This document shows, one piece after another, positions 28,366 to 42,461 of a stretch of 64,000 nucleotides of DNA. The position numbers were made by a program, and so were the translations under genes. Positions within the stretch are counted from its first letter, which is position 1. Each line of letters begins with the position of its first letter. The notes under the pieces were generated by a model, which was given only the letters and a program-made list of their open reading frames with translations, was not told the origin of the DNA and did not search any database. Source of the stretch: Eledone cirrhosa (taxonomy: Eukaryota); contig OZ024760.1 of NCBI GenBank assembly GCA_964016885.1, positions 4,836,001 through 4,900,000 on the forward strand, given 5' to 3'.

Positions 28366-30374
28366 CACACACACACATCCTCATCATCATTTAACGACTA
28401 TTTTTCATGCTATCATGGGTTAGACGAGTTGTCCTATTGTGAAAGTCAGATCAGATGACCATATCTTTCTTAAACACACACACACACATGCCCATATATA
28501 TATACAATTCTTCCAATATTCCATTCCACCCATCAAGCGTGCAGTTCTGTGTATATCACATCCTGCTTTCATTTACCAGTCACGCACCTACAATTGTTCA
28601 AATATTTGCGATCATATTTCCATTGAAAGACACTGTTTGTGGGGTTTCAACAATTTTGAGGACTCTTCATCCGTGTCAAAGACATGACAATATCCCAAGG
28701 GCTAGTGTCATGATAAATTGCATTCAGTAAAGTGCAGGAGTATATGTGAACAAAATGTGGGCTCCGGCCTGCTGAGAAGTGATTAGCTCCCCTTGAGTAT
28801 TGACCTTGTTTCTGATGACACCTCTAACACTTAGGAGCAATGAAAGCAGATGTTAAATGATAGCAATGATGATCTGCACTTTCTCATAGAAATTCTAAAC
28901 CAAAGATAATTTAACTTATATATTCGAGGGGTATAGGTAGCAAATTGACAGAGTTGTTAGAACATCAGAGAGAATACTTTATGGTATTTGTTCTGACTCT
29001 CTGCTCTCTGAGTTCAAATCCTGCCAAGGTCAACTTTACCTTTCATCCTTTAAAGTTCCATAAAAAAGTACCAGTCTAGTACTGGGGTCGATTCTTCCTC
29101 TATATCTCTTCCTCACTTCCTCTCTCTCACTTTCTGTCTTTCTCTGGAAGAAATCTGCTGTACTCAGAGCTGGAGAGGGATGGGCTCCGCCAGGCTTAAA
29201 ATGCCGAAGAAACGCTGTATGTCAATACGGCGCCCCTACGACTATCAGGAGTTATGGGAGCATACATACATACATACGCGGGTCAGCTGAAAAGTTCATT
29301 GGCTGACCAAGATACTCTCATGGAGTGACCAAATGAGGTTTATTTTTCAAAATAGTCCCTGGAAATAAACAATGCAGTTATTAATAAGAAGAGTTGAAAT
29401 TAATGTATGCAAGATTTCACAACACTATCATCACTCCTTCATAGTCAGCCTTTTTGTTGTGTCACCAACATGACCACTTTAGAGGGTAGGATCTTAAGAA
29501 AAAAATAAAAAGATATAAAAAAAATTGTTTCTACTTTTGGCACAAGGCCAGCAATTATCCCAGTACATTACTGGTGCTTTATTTTATTGACCCCCGTAAG
29601 GATGAAAAGCAAATCTAACCATAGCGGGATTTGAACTCAGAACGTAAAGGGCAATATCTCTATGCTGCAAAGCATGGTGTCTGATGTAAAAAGACTTAAA
29701 AGACATAAAATAATGTAGTTTAGAGATGAAAATTGTAAAAGAAAAGAACTAATTGGCAGATTGGACCAAGGAAACAATGTTTCCATTGGTCTTTCCATTG
29801 CTGAGATTAGTATACCTGAAATTAAGATGGAATGGTCATGTTTGGATGGCGTTTCATCATATGACTGATTAATAAGACCTGGCTTTGAGCTAAACAACAA
29901 CAACAACATTGCTTTCTGCACACTTCTACTACAACCGAGTTGTGAACACTTTTGTGTTTTTGTACAATAAAAAATGTGTGTGTAGGTCCATGTGTGTGTA
30001 TATATATATATAAACACAAACACATTCACATATGCACACACCCATATATATATATATAATCTGTGTGTGTGTTTGTTTATATGTATGTGTTTATGTGATG
30101 GCAGGAGGGAATAAAGACCTTCCTTGTTTTCATATCAGCTGGGAGGAAAAACCACACCTAAAAATAGCCCCTACTATCAATACGCCCTTGTACTAGAGTC
30201 ATTTCAATCTGGACAGGGTGGGTAAATTGAATTAGGGGTTGGAAGGGATAGGTATAGAAGAGATAGGGTATGTTTAGATGAAATGGTTGTTATCTGTATA
30301 TCTGTTGGTTTTGAATGCCACACTTAGTAAAAATCTTATTTATATATTTGTGTGTGTGTATGGGTGTATATATA

Positions 30375-30620
30375 TCATCATCATCATCACCGTTTAATGT
30401 CCATTTTCCACGCTAGCATGGGTTAGACGTTTTGTTCCATTTGATGCGAGAATGGTCAGGAGACCGTGTCTCGCTCGTACGGAAGTGTCTCTGGCAGGTT
30501 TTCTACGGCTGGATGCCCTTCCTAACACCAACCACCTTTATAGTGTGAACTGGGAGCCTTTTTACTGTGTCTCCTACACGGCCACCTAACAGTGTGGACT
30601 GGGTGCTTTTTGTTGTGTCA
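30375..30620 (-). mobile_element. RTE 3'-tail fragment or RTE-tailed SINE; related pieces at ~175-240, 26762-27050, 28378-28440, 37690-37875 (+), 39483-39680, 56770-56830, 62905-63046
   Basis: Shared (CAT)n-TTAACGTCxxTxTTCCAxGxTAGCATGGGTTAGA and GGATGCCCTTCCTAAC motifs. Confidence 0.75.
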
Positions 30621-30627
30621 TCAACAC

Positions 30628-30890
30628 TTCATCATCATTTTACGTCCGCTTTTCCCTGCTTGCAATGGTGGGACGGATCCTATTCAGCACAGCATCTCTC
30701 CACTCGTCACGGTCCTTCGTCATCTCCTCCGTGAGCTTCAGCGATCTGAGGTCTGCTCTCACCACCTTGGCCCATGTTTTTCGTGATCTTCCGCTACTGC
30801 GTCTTCCTTCTACTGGGATTTCTTGGCACTTCTTTACCCAGCGGTCATCCTCCATGTGCATCACATGTCCATACCATCTGAGTCTTCTCT
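30628..30890 (-). mobile_element. 3' end of B-type RTE LINE
   Basis: Near match to 20585-20845. Confidence 0.88.
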
Positions 30891-31273
30891 CTTAACTCTT
30901 CTATAACAGGTCGATACGCAATAAATATTTTTCATATGTAAACGAAACTTCCTCATTTTTTTCTATTATATATATATATATTTCCTGCTATTTCAAGTGT
31001 TAAACTAATATATTCCTTCCAGTTCTGTTTGTTTTGTTATTTCTGTTTACCTTTTATATATATATATACATATACAAAATGGATAAATGAACAAAAGCAT
31101 CTATGTTCCTCATTAGCCATCCACTGAGATATGCAGTTTGGTGCATAAAAGTGGTATTGCATAATATTGAGTCCAGGCTGCACAATAGTTTCACACACAC
31201 AAACACACAAACACACAAGCACATACAAGAAACATGATTTCTAAAGAAGTGCATTTTTCTTCTATTTCTTCAG

Positions 31274-31400
31274 GAAAAGCAAAGCCAAGAGTTCTGATTT
31301 CTCCTTATTTGATGACGATGATGATGATGATGACAATGTACATGATGTATTCAACAAGTCCTCGAAGAAGCCATCAACGCCAGAGCAATCTGATGCCAAG
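31274..31400 (+). CDS. WASHC2: Internal exon of FAM21/WASHC2-like gene ([26 protein letters not shown]...SDAK)
   Basis: Pyrimidine tract + CAG acceptor, AAG|GTATGT donor; LF-acidic motif; ends phase 0, matching next exon. Confidence 0.8.
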
Positions 31401-31462
31401 GTATGTAACCATCACACACATTCATACACATTTGTATGGGAGCATGTATAGGAATGAATGAC

Positions 31463-31493
<31 letters not shown>

Positions 31494-31699
31494 AGGAGGT
31501 GAGTTTTATTGTAGTACAATAAAGCAATGCAGATATCGGATAAGAAGCACTCAACAGTTTGTAGGACTGGAGTATACATAATATATAAGATCAAAAGATG
31601 GAACTCTTTTAACCATCTTTTGATCTTATATATTATATATATATATATACACACATACATATATATCTTCTTCTTTTCTTTGTGGAGGCAGAGTCCTCT

Positions 31700-31975
31700 A
31701 GTGGGTCCTGTCAGAAGCAACCATCCCCAACTGATCCGACTGGGTCCCCAAATATGACCAGCCAAGCTCATGGATGTTATCTGACCATCTTGCTTAGGGT
31801 CTACCCCTGGATCTCCTGCCTGTTTGTTTCGACCGTTTGTCTGTCCAGCGATTCTTTCCTGAGACATTCTAACCACATGCCCATAGTATAAGAGCTGTGA
31901 TCTCTCAATTTGGAGTGACTCTCTGATCTCTGAGCTACACTCTTTATCGAGTAACGTTACTCCAAAGACACTTCT
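31700..31975 (-). mobile_element. Old RTE C-terminal relic; related piece at ~61270-61500
   Basis: Translation GVTLLDK...EIRESLQIERSQLLYYGHVVRM resembles an RTE C-terminus. Confidence 0.65.
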
Positions 31976-32034
31976 GCTTATATATATGTGTGTGTGTGTG
32001 TGTATCATCATCATTTTACGTCCGCTTTTCCCTG

Positions 32035-32069
<35 letters not shown>

Positions 32070-32388
32070 AGTCCAGGTGTAATTCCATCAGGTGATGAGA
32101 GTTCTTGTTTATGTAGTCGGCTTTCATCATATCAGATTTTGTTGTGCATTCTAAATGAGCTACAGTCACGTGTGTGTGAGTGTGTTTAACAACGAAAACA
32201 AAAGATGAAGTTTAATGCTAATCAGTTCATTGTTTTGATTAAGCACTGAACTCCACCTTTTGTTTTCATTGTTAAACAAATCCATATATATATATATATA
32301 ATAAACAACACAATATAATTATTCCATTACTCAAGGTTTCACGGAGTTAGATGGTTCTAATAGAAGTGTCTGAATCCGTTCATCAGAT

Positions 32389-32459
32389 TTCTATCTGATG
32401 AACGGATTCCGACGCCTCTGTTACAATCGTCTAACTCCGTGAAACCTTGAGTAATGGAA
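32389..32459 (+). ncRNA. Type-I hammerhead ribozyme inside palindrome 32300-32480
   Basis: ttctat CTGATGA acgga...tccgt GAAA ccttgag TA atggaa. Confidence 0.75.
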
Positions 32460-32621
32460 TAATTATATTGTGTTGTTTATTACATAATTAAATAGCTCTG
32501 TACTGTATATAGAGCACTCTTCTTTCCTTTACTTTTTCCATGGAAATACTTAATAAATATATATATATAAAATATGAAAATGCAAAGTTGTTGTAGATGT
32601 TAAAGTCCTTTATTGATAAGT

Positions 32622-32905
32622 CTAAGTCTAAAGTCTGTCTCAAGCCCTGAGGCTCATCAGGCCGGAGTTAATCTCGGTTTCCATGACGTCAAGCGAGTGA
32701 GAGTACAATACTACCCCCCCTGGACAGGACGTCAGACCTTCGCAGGGTTAAACCCCCAGCTATTGCTGGTACTCATTTTCACTTGACTATACTAGAGCAA
32801 CATGAAATGAAGTGTTTGCTCAAGAACACAACACATAACCCAGTCCAGGGATTGAACCCACAATCTTGTGGTCATAAGTCCAATGCCCTTACCACTAGGC
32901 CCCAT
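32622..32905 (-). mobile_element. V-SINE-like element; second partial copy at 39283-39470
   Basis: tRNA-like head, CCCTGCGATGGACTGGyGTCCTGTCCAGGGG V-domain-like block, short repeated tail. Confidence 0.72.
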
Positions 32906-35389
32906 GCTGTGATACATATTTCAATGACGACAGTAGCCACCTGATTTCATGCAATCAGTGTCTTGATCTTATCAGACAGCCTCAATACATAATAAGGTTA
33001 CGTTCTCAAGGCAATCCAAACTAAAATAGCAAGGGAATGGACAAAGGTGATGTTTTTGAAGCCATCGCCTGTATTGAATGTCTTTCTCCCTCCCTCTCTC
33101 CTTCCAACCCTTCTCAGCTAGGGGTTAACCCTGAGATGGACTAGGGTGGGTGTAGAATCTTGTGGTATGGTGTGATATGGTTCTGTAACCCCTCATGGTG
33201 TCGTAATGGGATATGGCATTTCTTAAGCCTGGCAGAGCCCATCTCTTCTCCAACTGTTCACCAGGGCTGTGGGGAGGCCAGCACATGGGACCCCATTTGC
33301 TCACCATACAAAGAGATGGGGAGGGCTGGAGAGATGGAGGCGATGACAGTGGGAGTTCGGCTCTTCCACGTTCAGACCACATCCTTGTGGTTGTGCACAC
33401 ACACACACACAGTATTTGGCAGATGTTTTCTCAACGAAAACCTCTTCAAAGCTCGGCTGCAATATTTATTGAAATTGCTAGATGTTATTGTTTTTTGAGT
33501 TTTTCTCTTTGGAGATACAGATTTCTTCCAGAAAAGGATAAAAAGTGAGAGAGAGGAAGTGGGAAAGAGATAGAGAGGATAAATTAACCCTAGTACGTGA
33601 CTAGTGTTTTTTTTATCAACCTCAAAAGGATGAAAGGCAACGATAAATGGATGAATAGATATATTGGTGGCATTTGAACTGAGAGAGCAGAGAGACAAAA
33701 CGAATACCATAATACACTCAATCCAACGCTCTAATAACTGTTTCTACTTTTGGCACAAAGCCAACAATAACCCAGTACATTACTGGTACTTTATTTTATC
33801 GACCCTGTAAGGATGAAAGGCAAAGTTAACCTCGACGGCATTTGAACTCAGATCGTAAAGGGACGTAACTATGCTGGAAAGCATGTCCGACCCTCTACCG
33901 ACACTGCCAATTCACCGCCCTTATAACCCTGCCAATTTGCTGCCTTGTACTCTCAGTCAATTAATGCTAATTAAACTGGGATAAGCTCCAGCTTGATGAC
34001 CCTCCAGGATTGGAATAGACTTTAACCTTAAATCTTTTATCTAAATATAATGGTATAAATATCATTGGTTGACTGCAGCTGTATGGAAGCCTGTTTTGTA
34101 ATGTGGTGTTGGTGTTAGTGTTGGTGATGGTTGTGGTAGTGGTGTTGGTGATGATGTTAGTGTTAGTGTTGGTAGTGGTGATGGTTGTGGTAGTGGTGTT
34201 GGTGATAGTGATGATAATGTTAGTGTTGGTGGTGGTATTGGTGGTAGTGGTGATGGTTGTGATAGTGGTGATAATGTTAGTGTTGGCGGTGGTATTGGTG
34301 ATAGTGGTGATAATGTTAGTGTTGGTAGTGGTGATGGTTGTGGTAGTGGTTTTGGTAATAGTGTTAGTGGTGATGGGGGTAATGTTGGTGGTGATATTGT
34401 TAGTATTGTTGTTGGTGGTGGTGTTGATGGCAGCAGTGGTGGTGATGGCAGTGGTGGTAGTGGTGGTGATGGTAGTGTTGGTGGTGGTAGTGGTGAGGGT
34501 GATGATGGCATTGATGATTATGGTAGTGTAGGTGGTGGTGGTGGTAGTACTAGTGTTGTAGTACCACAGTATGACAATGTCCTCATTACAATATATTGAT
34601 GACAAATGAACCAGAAAACAATTCCTCAGAGATTCCAGAGAAATGTGTGTTGGCTCTCATTTAGTGTTGTGAGAAGGGGGGGGGGGGGCACCAGTGATAA
34701 TAATGGTGGTAGTAGTAGTAGTAGTAGTTTCAGAGGTAGTGGTGGTGTTATGGTAGTAGTTGTAGTTTCAGTGGTTGTGGTGGTGTTAGTGGTAGTAGTA
34801 GTAGTTTCAGTGGTAGTGGTGGTGTTATGGTAGTGGTGGTGTTAGTGGTAGTGGTGGTGGTGGTGTTAGTAGTAGTAGTTTCAGTGATGGTGGTAGTAGT
34901 AGTAGTTTCAGTGGTGGTGTTAGTGGTAGTAGTAGTAGTTTCAGTGGTGGTGGTGGTGTTAGTGGTAGTAGTAGTAGTTTCAGTAGTGGTGGTGGTGGTA
35001 GTAGTTTCAGAGGTGGTGTTAGTGGTGGTGGTGGTGTTAGTAGTAGTAGTTTCAGTGATGGTGGTAGTAGTAGTAGTTTCAGTGATGGTGGTAGTAGTAG
35101 TAGTTTCAGTGGTGATGGTGGTGGTGGTGGTAGTAATGCTAGTAGTTTCAGTGGTAGTGATGATATAATTGATTATGTGGGGAAGACAGTGAGGTCACTG
35201 TATTTAATTAATTGTGTATAAGACATAGCTCTAGTGGTTACATAGGAAATTTGTTTACCATATCACTGTCACCACCATCACCACAACCACTGCTATGACC
35301 CATACCACCACTGTCACCATTCACCTATCTGTCTGTCCATCTGCATTCATCAAACCTTCCAACTATCTATCTATTTATCTATTGATCTA

Positions 35390-35892
35390 TCTATTCATCC
35401 ATCCATCCTTATCTCCATCCATTCATCTCTCCAGCCATCTCTCCATCCATCCATTCATCTCCAGCCATCTCTCCATCCATCCATTCATCTCTCCAGCCAT
35501 CTCTCCATCCATCCATTCATCTCTCCAGCCATCTCTCCATCTCTCCATCCATCCATTCATCTCTCCATTCATCTCTCCAGCCATCTCTCCAGCCATCTCT
35601 CCATCCATCCATTCATCTCTCCATTCATCTCTCCAGCCATCTCTCCATCCATCCATTCATCTCCAGCCATCTCTCCATCCATCCATTCATCTCCAGCCAT
35701 CTCTCCATCCATCCATTCATCTCTCCAGCCATCTCTCCATCCATCCATTCATCTCTCCAGCCATCTCTCCATCTCTCCATCCATCCATTCATCTCTCCAT
35801 TCATCTCTCCAGCCATCTCTCCAGCCATCTCTCCATCCATCCATTCATCTCTCCATTCATCTCTCCAGCCATCCATCCATCCATCCATCCCT
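35390..35892. repeat. (TCCA)-derived minisatellite
   Basis: CCATCCATTCATCTCTCCAGCCATCTCT units. Confidence 0.92.
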
Positions 35893-36179
35893 CCAAGACA
35901 AGTCAGTGGTCCATTGTCTGGTTTAATTCTCCACATTCACAGATGGTGGTTAAGCCATTCCTGTTGTCTCAGCTGTTGAAAGCAGCTTTTGATGCCAAAC
36001 CTTCACCCCGACCCCCACCCTGTTCTTATTCTCAGGCAGTTGAGTCCCTTCCACTGATTCCTACATTGCTTTTGAACCATGAGGTGTGTGTCTGAGTATG
36101 TATATTTGTGTTTGTGGTGTCTGTGAGTGTGTGAGCGAGCATATATGTAAGCATGTGTATATGTGTGTGCATGTGTGTG

Positions 36180-36358
36180 TATGAGGGTCAGCTAAAAGGT
36201 TCACAGGCTGATTATGGAGGATTTATGCTAGAGCTGTGAAATTTGGATGCTTTAATTTCAACTCTTCTTATTAAATAACTGCATTGTTTCTTTCCGGAGA
36301 CTATGTTGAAAAATAAACCTCATTTGGTCAGCCTATGAATTTTTCAAGTAACCCTCGA
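36180..36358. mobile_element. mariner-derived MITE; inverse copy at ~29275-29455
   Basis: Imperfect TIRs TATGAGGGTCAGCTAAAAGGTTCACAGGCTGA / TCAGCCTATGAATTTTTCAAGTAACCCTCG; internal GACTATGTTGAAAAATAA (DYVEK-stop). Confidence 0.75.
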
Positions 36359-36407
36359 GGTTGTCCGAAGTTAATTATAACACACTATCTTTATTTCTTC
36401 ATTACAG

Positions 36408-36490
36408 ACAACAGACAAACCAGATAAATCGCCATCTGACATATTTGATTCCAATGATGATGACTTTTTGTCCTCGAAACCGAAAGAGAC
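36408..36490 (+). CDS. WASHC2: Internal exon (TTDKPDKSPSDIFDSNDDDFLSSKPKE)
   Basis: TACAG acceptor, GTACGT donor; 83 nt, phase 0 to 2, compatible with both neighbours; IF-acidic-FL motif. Confidence 0.78.
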
Positions 36491-37466
36491 GTACGTTTGT
36501 TGCCTTTTAACTACTTTGTTCTAATTATTTACCTCTTGATGCTTTGTTTTGTGAAGATACATGGCTTAGTGGTTAGAGCATTGGGTTTACAAGATATTCT
36601 TAAAAAGTACAAAACAATGTATCAGCTACACTCTGATAGGTTTGTGGTTGAGTCTGTAACAGTTGAAACTTCTAGCATTTTTGGGCCCAGACCATATCCC
36701 TGTTCACTGCTATCGAAGCAGAGATGGCTTCTCGGAAGTGCTAGTTCCACGAGGTGGAGTAGCTGTTCCAGTGTATCTCCTTTGCCGCTCTCCCTCCAGA
36801 GCAATGTCTTCTCCATCCTTTTGACCAGGACCACAAAATGGACTGACCCTTAAGTTACATTTATGGTGGTAGCATGTGGAATAGATTTACTTTCATAATC
36901 ATAGTCATGAGTGGGTTGAGATTCTCTCTTAAGTTCCTCATTTCCATATGAGAACAAGCTAACTACTATGTGGTCACCGTTGCGCTAGAAATAGAAGCCA
37001 AATATCCTTCACATAATACATTATGACTGCATCTCATTAAAAATAAAAGTATTTATCCTAACATTGCAAAATTTTACAATGATCTGTCCACTAGTAAAGA
37101 TACTATAAACATTTGAATCAACAAACTTGTTTTTAGAGTTAACAGTCCACGACAGCATTGAGAGTACTAATAAAACTGTTAAAAATATTTAACACAGCCT
37201 CAGATGTTGCAGGATACACCTAAAACTGAAGGTGAAAAATTTGTCAGAATATGAACTTTTCAGCAAGCTCCATTGATTTCTGGGGTGTTTAGGGCCTGAG
37301 CAATGATTAATCAATGGGAAAAATTCAAAAGTACCCTTGATGCCGTCATGGACTGTTAGTAGTTTCATCCTTCAGACATGCTGATTGAAATTATATTCAC
37401 TTGCAAGCTCCCCACCCTAACAGACTCAACCACATTAACAACCAATCTATCTGTTATATATTGCAG

Positions 37467-37551
37467 AGTGAAGAAGAAACCAATTGGAGGTGTGCCCATA
37501 TTTGGAAATGCAGATTTATTTGCAAGCAAACTTCTCAGTAAAGATAAAAAG
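37467..37551 (+). CDS. WASHC2: Internal exon (VKKKPIGGVPIFGNADLFASKLLSKDKK)
   Basis: TTGCAG acceptor, AAG|GTAAAG donor; 85 nt, phase 2 to 0. Confidence 0.82.
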
Positions 37552-38192
37552 GTAAAGTTAGCTCATATGAACAAAAAGTCAGCATTAACATCACTGTTTA
37601 ACATCTATGTGACATGGGTTGGGCTCCAAAAATATGGTTCTGTTGTGAGACGGGTTCGGCGTGGTCAACTGGCCTCTCCTTCCTCATAATGGAGCCATCC
37701 AGTTCCACACTGTAAATGTGGTTGGTGTTAGGAAAGGCTTCCAGCTGTAAAATACCCAGCCAAATTTACAGTCCTCACCGGAGCAAGGTGTGACACATGG
37801 CCAACTATGGCCAGACTTGCCTCCCAGCGTGGACGACCCATCTAACCCATGCAAGCGTGGAAAAATTGACATTAAACAGAAATAATTGTTTCTACACTAC
37901 ATTTGGCACAAGGCCAGCAAATTACCCAGTACATTACTGGTACTTTATTTTATTGACCCCGTAAGGATGAAAGGCAAACAGAAATAATTGTTTCTACACT
38001 ACATTTGGCACAAGGCCAGCAATTACTCAGTACGTTACTGGTACTTTATTTTATAGACCAAAGGCAAACAGAAATAATGATGATGATTCAATGCTTCAGG
38101 CAAACAACAACATTTTCTTTTCTTTATTATTGATTATTGTTATTGATCTCTTGACTTCTATATTGATCCTATCGATTCTTGTTATCCTGCAG

Positions 38193-38420
38193 AAAGAGGA
38201 GAAACCAGAAGAGCCGGCTCCCACCGCAGCAAGAAAGTCCACAACACTGTCCCTCTTTGATAACAATGATGATGACGACGATGATGATGTTAACTTCTTC
38301 AGCTCTGTGTCTAAACCATCACCCTCATCTCAGTCTTCAGACAGCAGCAGCACTACCACTACAACCACTTCTACCCCTGGTAGCTCCTACAGTAGTAAAA
38401 TAACTACCGTAGTCTCTACG
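38193..38420 (+). CDS. WASHC2: Internal exon (KEEKPEEP...LSLFDNNDDDDDDDVNFF...TVVST)
   Basis: CTGCAG acceptor, GTAAGT donor; 228 nt, phase 0; LF-acidic-FF motif. Confidence 0.85.
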
Positions 38421-38644
38421 GTAAGTCATTTTTGTCTTTTTCAATTTCTTGGCATTTTTATTTTATATTTTATTTGTTTTGGTCGATAGACTGTGGCCAT
38501 GCTGGAGCACCACCTTGATTTAGTCGATCATATTGGACATGCCCCTCCCCCCCTCCCCGTCCACCAATTCCCATTGCTTATTCTTTTCAAGTCTGATACT
38601 TTATTAATTTGTTTTTGTCAAGCTGCTACAAATGTAAACATAGA

Positions 38645-39278
38645 TACCGACACACTGACACACGCACACACACCGACACACCAACACACACACACACCGA
38701 CACACTGGCACACGCACACCGACACACCAACACACACACCGACACACCAACACACACATCGACACACCAACACACACACCAACACACACACCGACACACC
38801 AACACACACATCGACACACCAACACACACACCAACACACACACACCAACACACACACCGACACACCGACTCACCAACACACACATCGACACACCAACACA
38901 CACACCGACACACACACACCAACACACACACCGACACACCAACACACACACATCGACACACACACATCGACACACCAACACACACACCGGCACACCAACA
39001 CACACATCGACACACCAACACACACATCGACACACCAACACACACATCGACACACCAACACACACTGACACACTGACACACGCACACACACACACCAAAA
39101 CACACACACACACACACCGACACACGCACACCGAAACGCACACACACACATTCACACACACTGACACACCAACACACACACACACACATACACCGACACA
39201 CATACACACACCAACACCGACACACATACACACACACCGACACACAGACACACACACCAACACACCAACACACACACA
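38645..39278. repeat. (CA)-derived minisatellite
   Basis: CGACACACCAACACACACA units. Confidence 0.92.
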
Positions 39279-39686
39279 GATCTAGTCTAAAGTCTGTCTC
39301 AAGGCCGGAGGCTCATCAGGCCGGTGCTTACCCCGGTTTCCATGGCGTTAAGCGTGTGAGAGTACAATACTCCCCCCTGGACAGGACACCAGTCCATCGC
39401 AGGGCTAAACTCCCATCTATTGCTGGTACTCGTTTTCAGTTGAGTATATGGGAGCAATGTGAAATGAAGACACACAGATATACATCATCATCATCGATTA
39501 ATGTCTATCTTCCACATTAGCATGGGTTAGACGGGTCCCATTTAGAAGCAAGTTGTGTCGGGTGACCGTGTCTCGCTTATATAAGAGTGTTTCTGGCTGG
39601 TTTTCTACTGCTGGATGCCCTTCCTAACGCCAACCACATTGACAGTGTGTGCTGGGTGTTTTTTGCTGTGTCTTTTATATGTCCAC

Positions 39687-39756
<70 letters not shown>

Positions 39757-39817
39757 AGAGAGAGAGAGAGAGAGAAAAGAAACATGATAATGATAAAGTT
39801 CTTTTTTTTTTTTTCAG

Positions 39818-39931
39818 ACTAAAGTTCGAACGAAATCATTATTTGAAGATGAAGATATTTTGTTTGGATCTTCTGAAGAAAACCCAACAGTCGACCTCTT
39901 TAGCTCTGAAGGACCCCTGACTTCTACAAAA
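39818..39931 (+). CDS. WASHC2: Internal exon (TKVRTKSLFEDEDILFGSSEENPTVDLFSSEGPLTSTK)
   Basis: Poly-T + CAG acceptor, GTAAAC donor; 114 nt, phase 0; canonical LF-[DE]n-LF motif of the FAM21 retromer-binding tail. Confidence 0.87.
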
Positions 39932-40021
39932 GTAAACAGTTTTGTTGAAAGATGTCCTACTTTAGCAATAAAATATTTTATATAATCCTATGTGATGTCT
40001 GTGTCATTAAATATATATTAA

Positions 40022-40235
40022 CCCTTTAGCATTTAAACCAACCATATCCGGCCAGAATTCTGTCAAGTCTTTCTGTTCAAACCGCCCATAGCCAGCTGCT
40101 CATACTTAAGTTAAGGTATTGTTCTCAAAATAAATAATATCAAAATCTCATAGTTTCAATATTATGTGAGATAATTATGTGAAATAAAATGTGAAAATAT
40201 AATAGTAAATATAGAAAAATGTAAATGCTAAAGGG
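40022..40235. mobile_element. piggyBac-type MITE. Other copies ~23197-23418, 25852-26073, 26213-26447, 40359-40748 (SINE-interrupted), 58238-58426, 60538-60707
   Basis: TTAA|CCCTTTAGCATTTA ... TAAATGCTAAAGGG|TTAA: TTAA target duplication and CCC/GGG termini. Confidence 0.85.
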
Positions 40236-40881
40236 TTAAATACTATGACAAATAATCTAATAAGTCGGGCATATAAGTCCCTGGAAATTGAAAAAAGATG
40301 TACAGTGTCACTCGTGGGATGTTCCATGGCTGACACTATCCACTTTTTATGTGTTTAACCCTTTAACATTTAGACCAGCATGTCTGGCCAGAATTCCCTC
40401 ACCACCTCCTGTTCAAACCAGCTGATCATACCGACATTAAGGTATTAGGGTGGTGAATTGGCAGTACTGGTAGAGGGTCGGACATGCTTTCCAGCATTGT
40501 TACGTCCCTTTATGATCTGAGTTCAAATCCTGCCGAGGTTAACTTTGCCTTTCATCCTTATGGGGTCAATAAAATAAAGTACCAGTAATGTACTGGGTAA
40601 TTGCTGGCCTTGTGCCAAAAGTAGAAACAATTATTCTCAAAATAAATACCAAAATCTCATAGATTTGATATGCGAGATAATTATGGGTGATAAAGCCTTT
40701 ACTGTAAAAATACAATAGTAAATATAGAGTAATGTAAATGCTAAAGGGTTAAGCCATTAAATTTAAGTTAACTTAATATTCCAAATTTGTGACTCACTGA
40801 ATGTTTTTAAAAGTAGATTATAAATTAAATATTTTCATTGATCAAAACAAACCTTTTCTTTTTGTTATTTCTAATGAACAG

Positions 40882-40962
40882 GAATCTTCAGACCCCAAAC
40901 CATCCAGTTCTGATATATTCACAGAAGACAGTTCTACAACAGTGGAGAAAAGTGTTAAAATT
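40882..40962 (+). CDS. WASHC2: Internal exon (ESSDPKPSSSDIFTEDSSTTVEKSVKI)
   Basis: AACAG acceptor, GTAAGA donor; 81 nt, phase 0. Confidence 0.78.
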
Positions 40963-41368
40963 GTAAGAAAAAGTTTTGTTTTATTATTTTCTTTATATAT
41001 ATATTTCAAATTAATTAACGGAGTTAAAAACTCGCATTAATCCTATAATTTAGGGAGCTGAAGGAATATATATTACGGCCTCTTTATAAATCAATATATA
41101 CAGAGAAGTACACGTAGAGATATGTGTTCAATCATAGGGGATCAAAAACCACCAGAGTGATCCCCTATGATTGAACACATATTTCTATGTGTACTTCTCT
41201 GTATATGTTGATTTATATATATATATATGTAAGAATATTTTCGAAACAGCGAGTGGGTTTGAAATTATTAAAAATGTAAGCTATCGCCGTATTTTCACTA
41301 AAGAAATTATTTAGCCTGATAGTGGGCTTAAGAACCCTTGGAGAAATGGAAAAAGATGAGTATTGATG

Positions 41369-41467
<99 letters not shown>

Positions 41468-41656
41468 GTATGTATATGTATATATATATGTATATATATG
41501 TATGTATATATATATATATATGTATATATATATGTATGTATGTATATATGTATATATATATATATATGTATGTATGAAGATATATATATATATGTATGTA
41601 TGTATATATATGTATGTATGTATATATATATATATATGTATGTATGTATATATATG

Positions 41657-41695
<39 letters not shown>

Positions 41696-41696
41696 G

Positions 41697-41727
<31 letters not shown>

Positions 41728-41764
41728 ATATATGTATGTATGTATATATATGTATGTATGTATA

Positions 41765-41805
<41 letters not shown>

Positions 41806-41882
41806 GTATGTATATATATATATGTATGTATATATATATATATATGTATATATATGTATGTATATATATATATATATGTATG

Positions 41883-41916
<34 letters not shown>

Positions 41917-41924
41917 TATATGTG

Positions 41925-41956
<32 letters not shown>

Positions 41957-42262
41957 TATATGTGTATATATATATATGTGTATATATATATATGTGTATA
42001 TATATATATGTATGTATGTATATGTATGTATGTATATATATGTATGTATGTATATATATGTATGTATGTATATATATGTATGTATGTATATATATATGTA
42101 TGTATATATATATGTATGTATGTATATATGTATGTATATATGTATGTATATATATATATATGTATGTATATATGTATGTATATATATATATATGTATGTA
42201 TGTATATATATATATGTATATATGTATGTATATATGTATGTATATATATATATATATGTATG

Positions 42263-42302
<40 letters not shown>

Positions 42303-42352
42303 TATGTATGTATATATATATATATATATATGCATGTATATATATATGTATG

Positions 42353-42388
<36 letters not shown>

Positions 42389-42428
42389 TATATATATGTA
42401 TGTATATATATATATATATGTATGTATG

Positions 42429-42461
<33 letters not shown>

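Noticed and set aside
32640-32685. GAAA...CTGATGA in the V-SINE-like tail (also ~39305-39345) as a hammerhead
   Set aside because: No UH cleavage site or stem I between the two core halves
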